A DNA stretch of 64,000 nucleotides from an uncultured bacterium (GCA_963814495.1 CAWFDJ010000032.1:1259-65258), one strand, 5' to 3'; shown: positions 33,295 through 44,244, counted from the first letter of the stretch. The notes: generated by a model not told the origin, from the sequence alone. Numbers and translations are program-made.

Positions 33295-33705
33295 TCAGTC
33301 TCCCGTCGTGGTGGTGATCGAGCCGACGATGAACGCGAGGGCCTTGTCCAGGTTCTTCATCCCTTCCTCCCTGACCCTCTCCGACTCCTGCTCGGAGGCC
33401 AGCTTGATCTCCTCGATCTCCTTGCGGGCCCGCTCGATCTCCTGCTGGTACTCTTCCCTGCCGACCTCCTCCATCAGCGCTTCCCGCTTGATGGTGGCCG
33501 CTTTGCCCTTGGCGTCCTCGATCATCCTCTCGGACTTGCGTTTCTCCTCGCCGGTCTTGGAACGGATCTCCGTCTCCTTGGCCACGATGCGGGTGAAAGC
33601 CTCGCTGCGGGAACCTACCCACTTGTCCTCCAGCTGCTTGGACAGCTGGGGATTCTTCTTCTCCTGCTTCTTATCTTTCCTGGTCTTCTCCTCAGCGTTT
33701 TCCAT
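33295..33705 (-). CDS. V/A-type ATP synthase peripheral stalk subunit H/G
   Basis: Charged coiled-coil 136-aa protein, first gene of the operon, ending NLDKALAFIV. Confidence 0.75.
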   Translation of the reverse strand: MENAEEKTRKDKKQEKKNPQLSKQLEDKWVGSRSEAFTRIVAKETEIRSKTGEEKRKSERMIEDAKGKAATIKREALMEEVGREEYQQEIERARKEIEEIKLASEQESERVREEGMKNLDKALAFIVGSITTTTGD

Positions 33706-33756
33706 GTCTCTTTCCTTCGATATTGTGGAACGTCGACTACTGGAATGTCCTGTAAC

Positions 33757-33785
33757 ATAATAGCCATGCGGTCTATTTATGTCAA
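33757..33785 (-). promoter_or_regulatory. Putative sigma70 promoter of the ATPase operon
   Basis: TTGACA (33785-33780) N17 TATTAT (33762-33757) on the minus strand. Confidence 0.75.
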
Positions 33786-33910
33786 TAAAATTACCTCTCG
33801 GGAAGTAGGGCCTCGAGGGCGCTTTCTACCTGCAATTCCCGTGTTTTGCGGGGCATGGCCGGGCCGGGCTTACTATACCGGAAGGTAACCGAAAGTGGGT
33901 GGCGGGGGGC

Positions 33911-34675
33911 TCAGGTGTTGGAGCGGTAGAGGAGCCAGAGCCCGTGCAGGGTGAGCAGGGGGTCATGGGTCTGGATGGTGCGGCATTCGTCCACTACCAC
34001 CTCGGCCAGCCCGCCGGTGGCGATGACCTTGCAGCCGGGGCCCAGTTCCTCGAGCATCAGTTCCACCAGGCGGTCCACCTGGCCGGCGAAGCCGAAGACG
34101 ATGCCGGACTGCATGCTGGCTATGGAATTATGGCCGATGGGGCCCTCCGGCCTGGTCAGCTCCACCCGGGGCAGGCGGGCCGCCATGTTGAAGAGGGCCA
34201 GGGAGGATATCTCGATGCCCGGGGCGATGGCGCCGCCCAGGTATTCACCGTTGGCCGAGATGGCATCCAGGGTGGTGGCGGTGCCGAAATCCACCACGAT
34301 GGACGGGGCCCCGTAGCGGTCGAGGGCGGCCACCGCGTTGACGATGCGGTCGGCTCCCAGCTCGTCGGGGTTGTCGATGAGCACCGGCATGTCCACCTTG
34401 ACGTTGTGGCCGACGATGAGCGGCTCGAAGTTCCAGATGTCCCGCGTCATGTGCTGCATGGCCATGGAGGCGGTGGGGACCACCGAGCTGACGATGATGC
34501 CGTCGAAATCCTTGAAGGTCAGCCCCTTGAGCAGCAGGAAGCCCTGGTAGTAGAGGGCCAGTTCGTCCCCGGTTATCTTGTTGTTGGTGGAGGTGCGCCA
34601 GTGGTGGACGAGTTCACTGCCTTTGTAAGCTCCGATCACCGTCTGGGTGTTGCCGATATCTATGGCTAGTAACAT
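33911..34675 (-). CDS. coaX: Type III pantothenate kinase
   Basis: AIDIGNT, SSVVP, LGADR, VDFGTATT, VIATGG. Confidence 0.96.
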   Translation of the reverse strand: MLLAIDIGNTQTVIGAYKGSELVHHWRTSTNNKITGDELALYYQGFLLLKGLTFKDFDGIIVSSVVPTASMAMQHMTRDIWNFEPLIVGHNVKVDMPVLIDNPDELGADRIVNAVAALDRYGAPSIVVDFGTATTLDAISANGEYLGGAIAPGIEISSLALFNMAARLPRVELTRPEGPIGHNSIASMQSGIVFGFAGQVDRLVELMLEELGPGCKVIATGGLAEVVVDECRTIQTHDPLLTLHGLWLLYRSNT

Positions 34676-34684
34676 ACGGTTATC

Positions 34685-35515
34685 TTAGATGAAGTCCAGC
34701 GCAATATCCAGTGCGGGGCAGCTGTGGGTCAGGGCCCCCACCGAGATGAAGTCGACGCCGGTGGCGGCCAGTTCCTCCACCCGCTCCAGGGTGACCCCGC
34801 CGGACACCTCCAGCTTGACCCGCCCGCCCGCCAGGCGCACCGCTTCCCTGACCTGTTCCGTCTCCATGTTGTCCAGCATGACCACCTGGGCGCCGCCGGC
34901 GATGGCCTCCTCCAGCCCCGCCAGGTCGCTCACCTCTATCTCCACCGGCAAGGAGTCGCCGTACTCGTTCCGCACCAGGCGCAGGGCCATCTCTATCCCG
35001 CCGATGCCCCGGATATGGTTGTCCTTGATGAGGACGGCGTCGTAGAGCCCCATGCGGTGGTTGGCTCCCCCGCCTACCCGCACGGCGTATTTCTCCAGGT
35101 ACCTCAGGCCGGGGGTGGTCTTGCGGGTGTCCTTGATGGCGACGCCGTAGGGGGCGGCCCGGCGCGCGTAGGCGGACGTGAGGGTGGCTATGCCGGAGAG
35201 CCGCTGGAGGAAATTGAGCGCTGTGCGCTCGCCTTCCAGGATGGAAAGGATGGAGCCTTCCACCCGGGCCAGGCGGGTACCGGCCTCCAGGTCGTCCCCC
35301 TCGGTAACCAGGGCCTGGAAGGCCACCTCCCGGTTGAGCAGGTGGAAGACGGCCGCGGCCACCGGCAGGCCGGCCACCCGGCCGTCCTGCTTGAGCAGGA
35401 AGAAGCCTTCCCCCCGGTCCTCGCTGGTGAACATGGCGCGGGAGGTGATGTCTCCCTCGCTGCGCAGGTCCTCGTCCAGGGCCAGCCGGACCGTATCCAG
35501 GTACTCCCGCTTCAC
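34685..35515 (-). CDS. nadC: Nicotinate-nucleotide pyrophosphorylase (quinolinate PRTase)
   Basis: ERTALNFLQ, DTRKTTPG, HRMGLYD, IKDNH, MLDNM, ISVGALTHS. Confidence 0.96.
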   Translation of the reverse strand: MKREYLDTVRLALDEDLRSEGDITSRAMFTSEDRGEGFFLLKQDGRVAGLPVAAAVFHLLNREVAFQALVTEGDDLEAGTRLARVEGSILSILEGERTALNFLQRLSGIATLTSAYARRAAPYGVAIKDTRKTTPGLRYLEKYAVRVGGGANHRMGLYDAVLIKDNHIRGIGGIEMALRLVRNEYGDSLPVEIEVSDLAGLEEAIAGGAQVVMLDNMETEQVREAVRLAGGRVKLEVSGGVTLERVEELAATGVDFISVGALTHSCPALDIALDFI

Positions 35516-35518
35516 GGG

Positions 35519-37180
35519 TCAACCCTCACGATCGTAACCCGGAACGCTCTGCAGCGACCCTACCGCCCGCGTGTAGGCGGAGAGGCCGGACGCGTCACGC
35601 CTGTAGACGATGTGCTTTCTCCATTCCTCCCGCGGCTCGGGGAAGTCGATGCGGAAATGGCAGCCGCGGCTCTCTTCCCGCATCAGGGCCGCCTGCACCA
35701 TCAGGTTGGCCAGGGTGAGCATGTTCTGCACCTCGAAACCCTGGATGGTGTGGTATTCCGCCTGCAGCACGTCCGTGTTCCCCTGCAGGAACAGGGCCGC
35801 CTCTTCCAGGCCTTCCCGGGAGCGCCGGAAGCCCATGTCGTCCTGCATCATCTGCTGGATAAGGCCGCGCAGCAGGCGGGCGGTGATGCGGGAGCGCCTG
35901 CGCTCGAACACGTATTCCTGCCCGGCTGCCGGCGGTTCGCTGCCGCATTCCTCCATGCGGCGGTAGATCGCCTCACCGATGCGGCGCGAGAACACCAGCC
36001 CCTCCAGCAGGCTGTTGGAGGCGAGGCGGTTGGCCCCGTGCACGCCGGTGCAGGCCACTTCCCCGCAGCCGTAGAGGCCGGGGACGACCGACTGCCCCCA
36101 GGAGTCGGTGACCATGCCGCCGCTCATGTGGTGGGCGGCCGGCGACACCGGGATGGGCGTCCTGGTGATGTCGATGCCGGCCTCCAGGCAGTGCCGGTAG
36201 ATGGTGGGGAAGCGCTGTTTCAGGCGGTCCGTCCCTATTACGGTGGCGTCCAGCAGGAGGTGGTCCACCTCCTGGTCCTTCATCACCTTGACCATCTCGT
36301 TGACCACGATGTCACGGGGCGCCAGCTCCGCCAGGGGGTGCAGCCCCACCATGAAACGGCGGCCGGACTGGTCCACCAGGTGGGCCCCCTCCCCGCGCAC
36401 CGCCTCGCTGATGAGCCAGCGCGGGATCTCCGGCAGGTGCAGGGAGGTCGGGTGGAACTGCATGAACTCGATGTCGGCCACCTCCGCCCCGGCCCGCAGC
36501 GCCATGGCCACCCCGTCCCCGGTGCAGATGGAGGGGTTGGTGGTGACGGCGTAGAGCTGGCCCATGCCTCCCGCGGCCAGGACCACGGCGGGAGAGCGGA
36601 AGAAACGGATCTCTCCCTTCTCGTTGTCCATGGCCAACAGGCCGCAGCACCCCTCCGGCCCGGTCACGATGTCGATGGCGAAGTGGTTCTCGAATATCTC
36701 CACGTGCTCCTCGTTGCGGAGGAAGCGTACCAGGCTCGCCTCCACCTCGGAACCGGTGGCGTCCCCCCTCGCGTAGACCACGCGGGCCCGGGAGTGGCCG
36801 CCTTCCGTGGTCAGGGCCAGCTTGCCGTCCACCCGTTCGAAATCGGCCCCGATGTCGTCTATGAGCTCCCGCACCCGGTGGGGACCCTCGCGTACCAGGA
36901 TCTCCACCATCTTCTCCTCGCACAGGCCCTTGCCCGATACCAGGGTGTCCTGCTTGTGCAGCTCGGGAGTGTCGCCCGGCCCCAGGGCGGAGGCGATGCC
37001 TCCCTGGGCGCGGCTGGTGGCCGTCTGGTCCAGGGCGGTCTTGGTGAGCAGGGCCACCCGGTAGTCACGGGCCATGGCCAGGGCGGCGGAGAGCCCCGCC
37101 ACGCCGCTTCCCATCACCACCACCGGGTAGTTCTCGGTGGGCAGCTGCTTGAGCGAGTAGTTGATGAGGTATCTGGGCAT
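35519..37180 (-). CDS. nadB: L-aspartate oxidase
   Basis: GSGVAGL, AQGGIA, EGGHS, QFHPT, ELAPRD, HGANRLASNSLLE. Confidence 0.96.
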   Translation of the reverse strand: MPRYLINYSLKQLPTENYPVVVMGSGVAGLSAALAMARDYRVALLTKTALDQTATSRAQGGIASALGPGDTPELHKQDTLVSGKGLCEEKMVEILVREGPHRVRELIDDIGADFERVDGKLALTTEGGHSRARVVYARGDATGSEVEASLVRFLRNEEHVEIFENHFAIDIVTGPEGCCGLLAMDNEKGEIRFFRSPAVVLAAGGMGQLYAVTTNPSICTGDGVAMALRAGAEVADIEFMQFHPTSLHLPEIPRWLISEAVRGEGAHLVDQSGRRFMVGLHPLAELAPRDIVVNEMVKVMKDQEVDHLLLDATVIGTDRLKQRFPTIYRHCLEAGIDITRTPIPVSPAAHHMSGGMVTDSWGQSVVPGLYGCGEVACTGVHGANRLASNSLLEGLVFSRRIGEAIYRRMEECGSEPPAAGQEYVFERRRSRITARLLRGLIQQMMQDDMGFRRSREGLEEAALFLQGNTDVLQAEYHTIQGFEVQNMLTLANLMVQAALMREESRGCHFRIDFPEPREEWRKHIVYRRDASGLSAYTRAVGSLQSVPGYDREG

Positions 37181-37184
37181 GGGG

Positions 37185-38102
37185 TTACCCTATGGAGACC
37201 ATGCGCTCCACCGCCAGCAGGGCGCGGGACCGGATGTCTTCCGGCACCACCACCCGGGGCTCCAGGGCGCGCAGGGACTGGGCTACTTTAGACAGGGTGA
37301 TCAGCTTCATGTCGGGGCAGAGGGCGTCGTCGGAGGGGAAGAAGAAGGCCTTGCCGGGGTTCTCCTTCTCCAGCCTGTAGAGCATGCCCACCTCCGAGCC
37401 CACGATGACCTCGCGGGCGGGAGAGCGCCGGGCGAAATCGTAGATGCCCTGGGTGGAGGCGACCTCGTCGGCCAGGTCCAGCACCTCCTCCCGGCATTCG
37501 GGGTGGGCCACGAAGGGGGCGCCGGGGTGCGTCTCCTTCAGGGAGAGGATCTGCTCCCGGGTGATGCGGTCGTGGATGGGGCAGCAGCCGTCCCAGATGA
37601 TCAGCTCGCGGCCGGTCACCCTCTGGACGTAACGGCCGAGGTTGCGGTCGGGGGCGAAGATGATCTCCCCCTCCCCGACGGCCTGCACCACCTGCACGGC
37701 GTTGCCGGAGGTGCAGCAGTAGTCGCTCTCCGCCTTGACCTCGGCCGAGGAGTTGACGTAGGTGACCACCGTCGCGCCGGGATGCTCTTCCCGCAGGCGC
37801 CGGACGTCCGCGGCGGTGATGGTGTCGGCCAGGGGGCAGCCCGCCTCGGGTTCGGGCAGCAGGGTGACCTTGCCGGGGGAGAGGATGTTGGCGGTCTCCG
37901 CCATGAAATGGACGCCGCAGAAGACGATCACCTCGGCTGAGGAGGCCGCCGCCTGCCGCGCCAGCCCCAGGGAGTCCCCCAGGTAGTCGGCGATGGCCTG
38001 CACTTCCCTCCGCTGGTAGTTATGGACCAGGATGACCGCCCGGCGCTCACGCCTCAACTCCTCGATTTCCGCGAGTATGGCGTCATCTCCGGTCGGTTCC
38101 AT
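37185..38102 (-). CDS. nadA: Quinolinate synthase
   Basis: HNYQ, GDSLGL, FCGVHFMAET, GCPLAD, YVNSSA, AHPEC, CPDMK. Confidence 0.96.
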   Translation of the reverse strand: MEPTGDDAILAEIEELRRERRAVILVHNYQRREVQAIADYLGDSLGLARQAAASSAEVIVFCGVHFMAETANILSPGKVTLLPEPEAGCPLADTITAADVRRLREEHPGATVVTYVNSSAEVKAESDYCCTSGNAVQVVQAVGEGEIIFAPDRNLGRYVQRVTGRELIIWDGCCPIHDRITREQILSLKETHPGAPFVAHPECREEVLDLADEVASTQGIYDFARRSPAREVIVGSEVGMLYRLEKENPGKAFFFPSDDALCPDMKLITLSKVAQSLRALEPRVVVPEDIRSRALLAVERMVSIG

Positions 38103-38145
38103 GGTTCCTCCAGGTAAGGGTGGTAAGACTTCGGGGAAGCCCTGT

Positions 38146-38528
38146 TCAGCAGATGTCGTCCGGGTCCACGTGGTCCTCGATGTGCACCATCCGGTTGTTC
38201 TCGTCCACGTAGACCACCCTGGGCTTGAGCGTGGCCGCTTCCGCGTCCTCCATGATCACGTAGGAGAAGATGATGATGCGGTCGCCGCGGTGGATGAGGC
38301 GGGCCGCGGCGCCGTTGATGCAGATGGTGCCGCTGCCGGCCGGGGCGGCGATGACGTAGGTCTCCAGGCGGCTGCCGTTCTCGATGTCCACCACCTGTAC
38401 CCTCTCGTAGGGGAGATATCCGCCAGGCTCATCAGGTCGGAGTCGATGGTTATGCTTCCGACGTAATGCAGGTCGGCCTCGGTGACCGTAGCCCGGTGGA
38501 TCTTGCTCTTGAGCATGAACCTCTGCAT
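38146..38528 (-). CDS. panD: Aspartate 1-decarboxylase (frameshift at ~38410)
   Basis: [33 protein letters not shown]. Confidence 0.95.
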
Positions 38529-38562
38529 GGAACCTCCGTTAAGGACCTTCTTCTTACCTGAT

Positions 38563-39414
38563 TCAATCGTCCAATATGACCAGCATATTGTCAATGAGAC
38601 GCGCCTTCCCGACGCGCGCCGCCAGGGCGAGCAGGATCTCTCCTTCCAGGCGCCCCACCGGCTCAAGGGTTATATTATCATAGACTCCCACATACTCAAG
38701 CTCTATCGAGGGCTCTTTCTCCAGGACCCCGCGCATGCTCCCTTCCACCGCCGTGGCCGAGCGCTCGCCGGCCCGGGCGGCGGCAGCCCCGGCCTCGAGT
38801 GCCTGGTAGAGCAGGGCTGCCCGGGCTCGCTGGTCCGGTTCGAGGTAGGTGTTGCGGGAGCTCATGGCCAGCCCGTCCGGCTCGCGCACGGTGGGGCAGA
38901 CCCGTATCTCCACGTCGAAGTCGAGGTCCTCCGCCATCTTGCGGATGACCCGCACCTGCTGGGCGTCCTTCTGCCCGAAGTAGGCGCGCTGGGCGGGGAC
39001 CAGGTGAAAGAGCTTGGCCACCACCGTGGCCACCCCCTCGAAATGCCCGGGGCGGGAGGCCCCGCACAGGCCTTCGGTGACACCCCGTACCGCGACGCTG
39101 GTCAGGAACGGCCGGGGATACATGTCCTCCACGGCGGGGTGGAAGACGTAGTCCACCCCCGCCTCCCGCGCGTCGCGGCAGTCGCGCTCGAAGTCGCTGG
39201 GGTAGGCGGCCAGGTCCTCCCGCGGCCCGAACTGCAGGGGGTTGACGAAGATGCTCACCACCACCACGTCGTTCTCCTCGCGGGCCGCGCGCATCAGGGC
39301 CAGGTGCCCCTGGTGGAAGTAGCCCATGGTGGGGACGAAGCCTACGCTCCTCCCCTCGCCCTTGAGGCGGTCGACGGTGGAGCGCATCTCGCGCGGGTCG
39401 GTGATTATGTCCAT
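38563..39414 (-). CDS. panC: Pantoate--beta-alanine ligase
   Basis: [50 protein letters not shown]. Confidence 0.96.
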   Translation of the reverse strand: MDIITDPREMRSTVDRLKGEGRSVGFVPTMGYFHQGHLALMRAAREENDVVVVSIFVNPLQFGPREDLAAYPSDFERDCRDAREAGVDYVFHPAVEDMYPRPFLTSVAVRGVTEGLCGASRPGHFEGVATVVAKLFHLVPAQRAYFGQKDAQQVRVIRKMAEDLDFDVEIRVCPTVREPDGLAMSSRNTYLEPDQRARAALLYQALEAGAAAARAGERSATAVEGSMRGVLEKEPSIELEYVGVYDNITLEPVGRLEGEILLALAARVGKARLIDNMLVILDD

Positions 39415-39437
39415 TTCTTCCGATGCCTCGTATGACG

Positions 39438-40323
39438 TCAAAGGTGTTTTCGGAGCAGTTCCTCGATCTCGTCGGCCCGGGCCATGCTCAGGCCGGAGCG
39501 GGCCAGGTCCAGGGCGAAGAGGGAGAGGGAGGCGTAGGCCTTGAGCATGGCCTCGTTCTCCTCGGCCTCCAGCGTCTCCAGGTGGCGGCGGATGACGCCG
39601 ACGTCCCCGCGGGCCACCGGGCCGGTCAGGGCCTTCTCCGTGCCGAGGTGCCTCAGGTTGTCCACCGTGCCGGCGATCAGCGGGGTCAGGGCCTTGAGGG
39701 CCCGTTCCCCCTCCATGCCGATCTCCTGGTAGATCAGTTCGGCCATGTGCTCCAGCGAGACCAGGAGGTTGCTGGCCATCACCGCGCCCAGGTGGTAGAG
39801 GCGCTTGTCCTCCTCGGCCAGGATCACCGGGTCGCCTTCCAGCCTGGTCACCAGCCTCTCGGCCCACGACCTGTTCCCCGGCGTCCCGGGCGGTTATGGC
39901 GAATACCGTGCCGGGTATCTTCTTGATGGCCCCCCGCACGTCGGCGAAGGTCTGCAGGGGGTGGATGGAGAGCACGGCGGCCCCCTGTTCCTCCGCCGCC
40001 GCCAGGACGTCCAGCCCCAGCATCCCGCTCATGTGCACCACCTTCCTGCCCGGGCCCAGGGCGCCGGAGGAGGCCAGGTCGAGGCAGGCGTCGGCGATGA
40101 GGTCGTCCGGGGTGGTCAGCAGGAAGACGTCTCCCTGCCCCGCGGCCTCCAGCAGGTCGGTGGTGAGGAGCACTCCTTCCAGGTAGCGGGAAGCCCGCTT
40201 GAGCGAGGCCTCGCTGCGGGAGACCACCGCCACCACCTTTTCCTTCTTATCCTGCAGGAGATGGGCCATGGCCGTCCCCACCCGCCCCGCTCCTACGATG
40301 ACGAAACGGTCCTTGCCTTTCAT
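39438..40323 (-). CDS. Rossmann-like/DUF2520 oxidoreductase (PanG-type ketopantoate reductase candidate); frameshifted
   Basis: GAGRVG, HMSG, HPLQTF, YHLGAVMASN, ALTGPVARGD; directly upstream of panC. Confidence 0.88.
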
Positions 40324-40849
40324 GCCCGTTCCTTTCCGTCCGTGTCCTCCCACTTTACCACGCCGGCCCGGTCTTCTTCGCTCAGGGCCTCGAGGGCGTC
40401 GGCGACGCGGCGGCCGTCCGGCATGGCGGATGTCCGGCTCCAGCTCCAGCAGAGGGCACCAGCACGAAGGCGCGCTTGAGCATCTCGGGATGGGGCAGGA
40501 CCAGCTCCTCGAGTCGACGACCTCGTCCCCGTAGAGGAGGACGTCCACGTCGATGAGGCGCGGGCCCCAGCGCTCCTCGCGCACCCGGCCCATCTCGTCC
40601 TCCACCGCCAGGCACCGCTGGAGCAGGGCGTGGGGGTCCAGGGATGGTCCTGACCTCGGCCACCAGGTTGAGGAATTCGGGCTGGTCGGTGTAGCCCACC
40701 GGCGCGGTACGGTAGAGGGAGGAGACCCTGAGGACCTCGACGTCCCCGGAGGAAGCGAGCTCTTCCAGCGCCTGCCGCAGGTTGCGCTCCCGCTCCCCCA
40801 GGTTGGAGCCGAGGCTGAGCCAGGCTCGTCTGCCGCGCGCTTCCTCCAT
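40320..40849 (-). CDS. folK: 2-amino-4-hydroxy-6-hydroxymethyldihydropteridine diphosphokinase; frameshifted
   Basis: LSLGSNLGER, SSLYRTAPVG, QPEFLN, RWGPRLIDVDVL, LPHP..LKRAFVLVP across three frames. Confidence 0.93.
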
Positions 40850-40855
40850 CGCCGC

Positions 40856-41215
40856 TCAGCCCTCGAACTCCGCTTCCACGCCCACCCATTCCACCGGGTG
40901 GATGAGGGGGGCCTGGGGTTTGCGGACCCGCACCCGCGCCCGCTCCACTCCCGGCTTGTCGGCGAGGAGGCGGCCCACCCTGGCCACCAGGGCCTCCAGG
41001 AGGTCGTAGCGCTCGGTGGACACCAGGGCGTGCACCTCCCGGGTGAGGGCGTCGTAGTCGAGGGCCAGGGGCAGGGCGTCCGCCTCCGCCGCCGGGCCCA
41101 TGTCGTAGTCGAGCTCCAGGTCCAGGTAGAAGTCCTGGCCCTTCTCCTGCTCCTCCGGCAGGCAGCCGTGGAAGGCGAAGACCTTCAGGCCCCGGATGAT
41201 GACGGTGCCGCGCAT
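40856..41215 (-). CDS. folB: Dihydroneopterin aldolase
   Basis: AFHGCLPEE..GQ.F..D, LDY, LLE, VRKP.AP. Confidence 0.93.
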   Translation of the reverse strand: MRGTVIIRGLKVFAFHGCLPEEQEKGQDFYLDLELDYDMGPAAEADALPLALDYDALTREVHALVSTERYDLLEALVARVGRLLADKPGVERARVRVRKPQAPLIHPVEWVGVEAEFEG

Positions 41216-42369
41216 CTAGTCCTTCCTGACCTCGCGGATGTAGATGGTCTTGATGGCGTCTCCCGTCTGGAGGGAGTCCACCACCGGCATGCCCTCGATG
41301 ACCTCGCCGAAGACGGTGAAGGACGTCCCCACCTGCTCCGAGTAGTCCTGTTTCATGATCAGGAACTCGGTGGGGTTCTCCGGCATCATGCCCGCCGTCT
41401 CCTCCGTGGTCTGGGCCATCCAGTAGAGGACCACCGCCCCGCGCACCGCGGGGAGCTTGCCCTCGGAAGGAACGGTGAACGGCCTCTTCCAGCGTCGCAT
41501 CATCGGGTCCACGGCTTGGTGGAGGCGGTGGCCTCGAGTGAGCGGGCGTGGCTGCCGGTCTGGACCACCCAGTCCTCCACCCGGTACCAGTTCATGCCGG
41601 TGTAGAAGCCGGAGTTGATGAGGTCGGTGAAATGCTGGACGGTCTGGGGGGTGTCCTCCGGCTTGAGCTCGATGACGATATTGCCGGTGCTCTGCTCGAT
41701 GGTCATGTACCTGCCGCTCTCGTCCAGGGTGATGGAGTCTATGACCTGGTTCAGCCCCAGGCCGTCGACTACGTCCATGCCCTCGGTGACCATGCCGAAG
41801 ACGGTGAAGTCCGGGTCGAGCCAGGAGGCGTCCGACTTGAGGATGTAAAACTCGTTGGTGGCGCTGTCCGGAAGGGGCTGCTGGGTGGAGGGGTCGCTGG
41901 GCTTGGCCAGGGCCACCGCGCCCCGCACGTTGGGCAGCTTGACCTCGTCCACCACCGTGCCCACGCTCTCATCCTGCTCCGTGGCGGCCTGCAGGGTCCC
42001 CGCGTCGACGTTGGCCGCGGCGTCCCGGCCCTCGATGCCGGTCATGGCCGCTATCTCGTCCACCTGGTAGAACTTGGCGCCCTTGTACGACCCCTGTTCC
42101 ACCAGCTTCTCCATGTGCGCGCTGGTCTCCGGGGCGTCGGCGTCCTTCATCTCCACCACGATGTTGCCCCGCTCGGTCTCGATGACCATCTGCTTGACGT
42201 AGGTCGGCAGCCTGACCAGCACGACCACCAGCACCAGGGCGATGACGCAGGCGGCCAGGGTCAGCCCCATGGACCACAGCAGGGTCCTCTTCCGCTTGGC
42301 ATATTTTTCCAGCTGCTTGAGCCTCTCCTCTTCACGCCGCTGCTGCTTCAGTTTCTGCGCCCGTCCCAT
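41216..42369 (-). CDS. Membrane-anchored protein with two cyclophilin-type PPIase domains (frameshift at ~41510)
   Basis: Basic N-terminus + TM helix; IETERGNIVVE..APET, RGAVALA, FTVFGMVTEGMDVVD; second copy GNIVIEL..TPQT..F, YRVEDWVVQTG, FTVFGEVIEGMPVVD. Confidence 0.85.
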
Positions 42370-43588
42370 CTATGATTCTCCATTCTTTCCGGCGATGGCG
42401 TCGGCCACCTTCACCACTCTTACCATCTCTTTGACGTCGTGGACCCTGATTATGTCCGCGCCGTTGGCTATGCCCACGGCCACCGCGGCGGCGGTGCCCT
42501 CCAGCCGCTCCTCCACCGGCAGGTCCAGGACCCGGCCGATGAAGGCCTTGCGGGAGGGGCCCAGCAGGATGGGGTACCCCAGCGCTTCCAGCTCGTCCAG
42601 GCGCCGGATGATCTCCAGGTTGTGGCCCAGGGTCTTGCCGAAGCCGATGCCCGGGTCCAGCATGATCTTGTCCGCGGGGATGCCGGCCGCTTCCGCCTCC
42701 TCCGCGCGCGTCCTCAGGAAGGACGCGACCTCCCCCATGAGGTCGTCGTAGGAGGGGTCGTCCTGCATGTCCTTGGGCATGCCCTGCATGTGCATGAGGC
42801 AGACGGGAACCCCCGCCCCGGCCACCAGGGCGGGCATGCCCGGGTCGAGCCGCATGGCGCTGATGTCGTTGACCATGGACGCCCCGGCCTCCAGGGCCTT
42901 GAGCGCCACTTCCGCCTTGGTGGTGTCCACGCTGACCGGCACGCCGGCGTTGGAGGCCACCTCCCGGATGACCGGGATGACCCTCTTCAGCTCCTCTTCC
43001 AGCGTTATGAACTCCGAACCCGGGCGGGTGGACTCCCCCCCGATGTCCAGGATGTCCGCCCCCGCCTCCGCCTGGGCCATGGCTTCCTCTACCGCGCTGG
43101 GGTGCGCGAAGAAGCGGCCCCCGTCGGAGAAGGAGTCCGGGGTCACGTTGACGATGCCCATGACCAGCGTGCGCCGGTCCAGGTCGTAGGTCCGCCCCCC
43201 CATCTCCAGCCGGCGGTTGCGGCGCCCCTCCAGGTTGGCCAGGGCCTCGCTCATCTCCTCGTTCAACTTGCGCAGCCCGAAGGGCTGGTTGGTCAGCTTA
43301 CCGTGGAGCAGGCGGAAATGGCGGGAGGTGCCGGAGACGATGCAGGAGGTGGTCTGGCCTTCGAACTGGAAGACGTCCCGGGGCAGCGAGACTTCCCCAC
43401 CGATGGAGAGCATGTTCTGCTTGAGGATGTTGGCGGCGCGGGTGTCCAGCCCGTCCACCTTCAGCAGGTAGTGCACGAGCTTGGGGTACATGATGTCGTA
43501 GCCCTCGTCGCTGGGAGCCAGGTCGCGCAGGTGCGCCTCGGCGTCCTTCAGGGACCCGACCTTCAAGAACGCGGACGTTGAACCTCAA
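42370..43588 (-). CDS. folP: Dihydropteroate synthase with N-terminal extension
   Basis: MGIVNVTPDSFSDGG, DIGGESTRPG, DPGIGFGK, SRK, RVHDV; TTG start 43588 with an early frameshift. Confidence 0.95.
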
Positions 43589-43622
43589 GTGCTTACCTCT
43601 CTCGTGAACGACGGCCGGGCTG

Positions 43623-44189
43623 TCAGCCCCTGGCGCGGATGAGCGACATGGCCTCGGCCCGGGAAGCGGCGTTGGTGTGGAAGGTGCCCCGCACCGCCGA
43701 GGTGATGGTGACCGAACCGGGCTTCTTCACCCCCCGCATGGACATGCACAGGTGCTCGGCCTCCACGATGACCAGCACGCCCCGCGGGTTCAGCGCCTTG
43801 ACCAGGGTGTCGGCCACGTCGGTGGTCAGGCGCTCCTGCACCTGCAGGCGCTTGGCCAGCACGTCCACCACCCGGGCCAGCTTGCTGATGCCGGTGATCT
43901 GCCCGCGCTCTCCCGGGATGTAGGCCACGTGGGCCTTGCCCAGGAAGGGCATGAGGTGATGCTCGCAGACCGAGTAGAGGGGGATGTCCTTGACGATGAT
44001 CATCTCGTCGTGCTCCTCCGCGAACATGGTGGTCACCACGGACTGGGGTTCGGTCTCCATGCCGGAGAAGATCTCCTCGTACATCTTGGCCACCCGGTCG
44101 GGGGTGGTCAGCAGGCCCTCGCGGTCCAGGTCCTCCCCGATGCCTTCCAGCATCAGCCTCACGCCTTGCTTGATCTTTTCCTTGTCCAA
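43623..44189 (-). CDS. folE: GTP cyclohydrolase I
   Basis: [36 protein letters not shown]. Confidence 0.97.
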   Translation of the reverse strand: MDKEKIKQGVRLMLEGIGEDLDREGLLTTPDRVAKMYEEIFSGMETEPQSVVTTMFAEEHDEMIIVKDIPLYSVCEHHLMPFLGKAHVAYIPGERGQITGISKLARVVDVLAKRLQVQERLTTDVADTLVKALNPRGVLVIVEAEHLCMSMRGVKKPGSVTITSAVRGTFHTNAASRAEAMSLIRARG

Positions 44190-44244
44190 AGCATCCTCCT
44201 CTGAATACGGGATAAAGATAGTTAGATATTATATCAACAACCTT

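Noticed and set aside
38146-40323. Absence of panB from the pan cluster as a novel pathway
   Set aside because: panB is commonly located elsewhere in actinobacterial genomes; cannot be judged from one window
38563-40605. 680-aa ORF suggesting a FolK-PanG-PanC fusion
   Set aside because: Produced by frameshifts stitching pieces of three separate genes; each has its own start and stop
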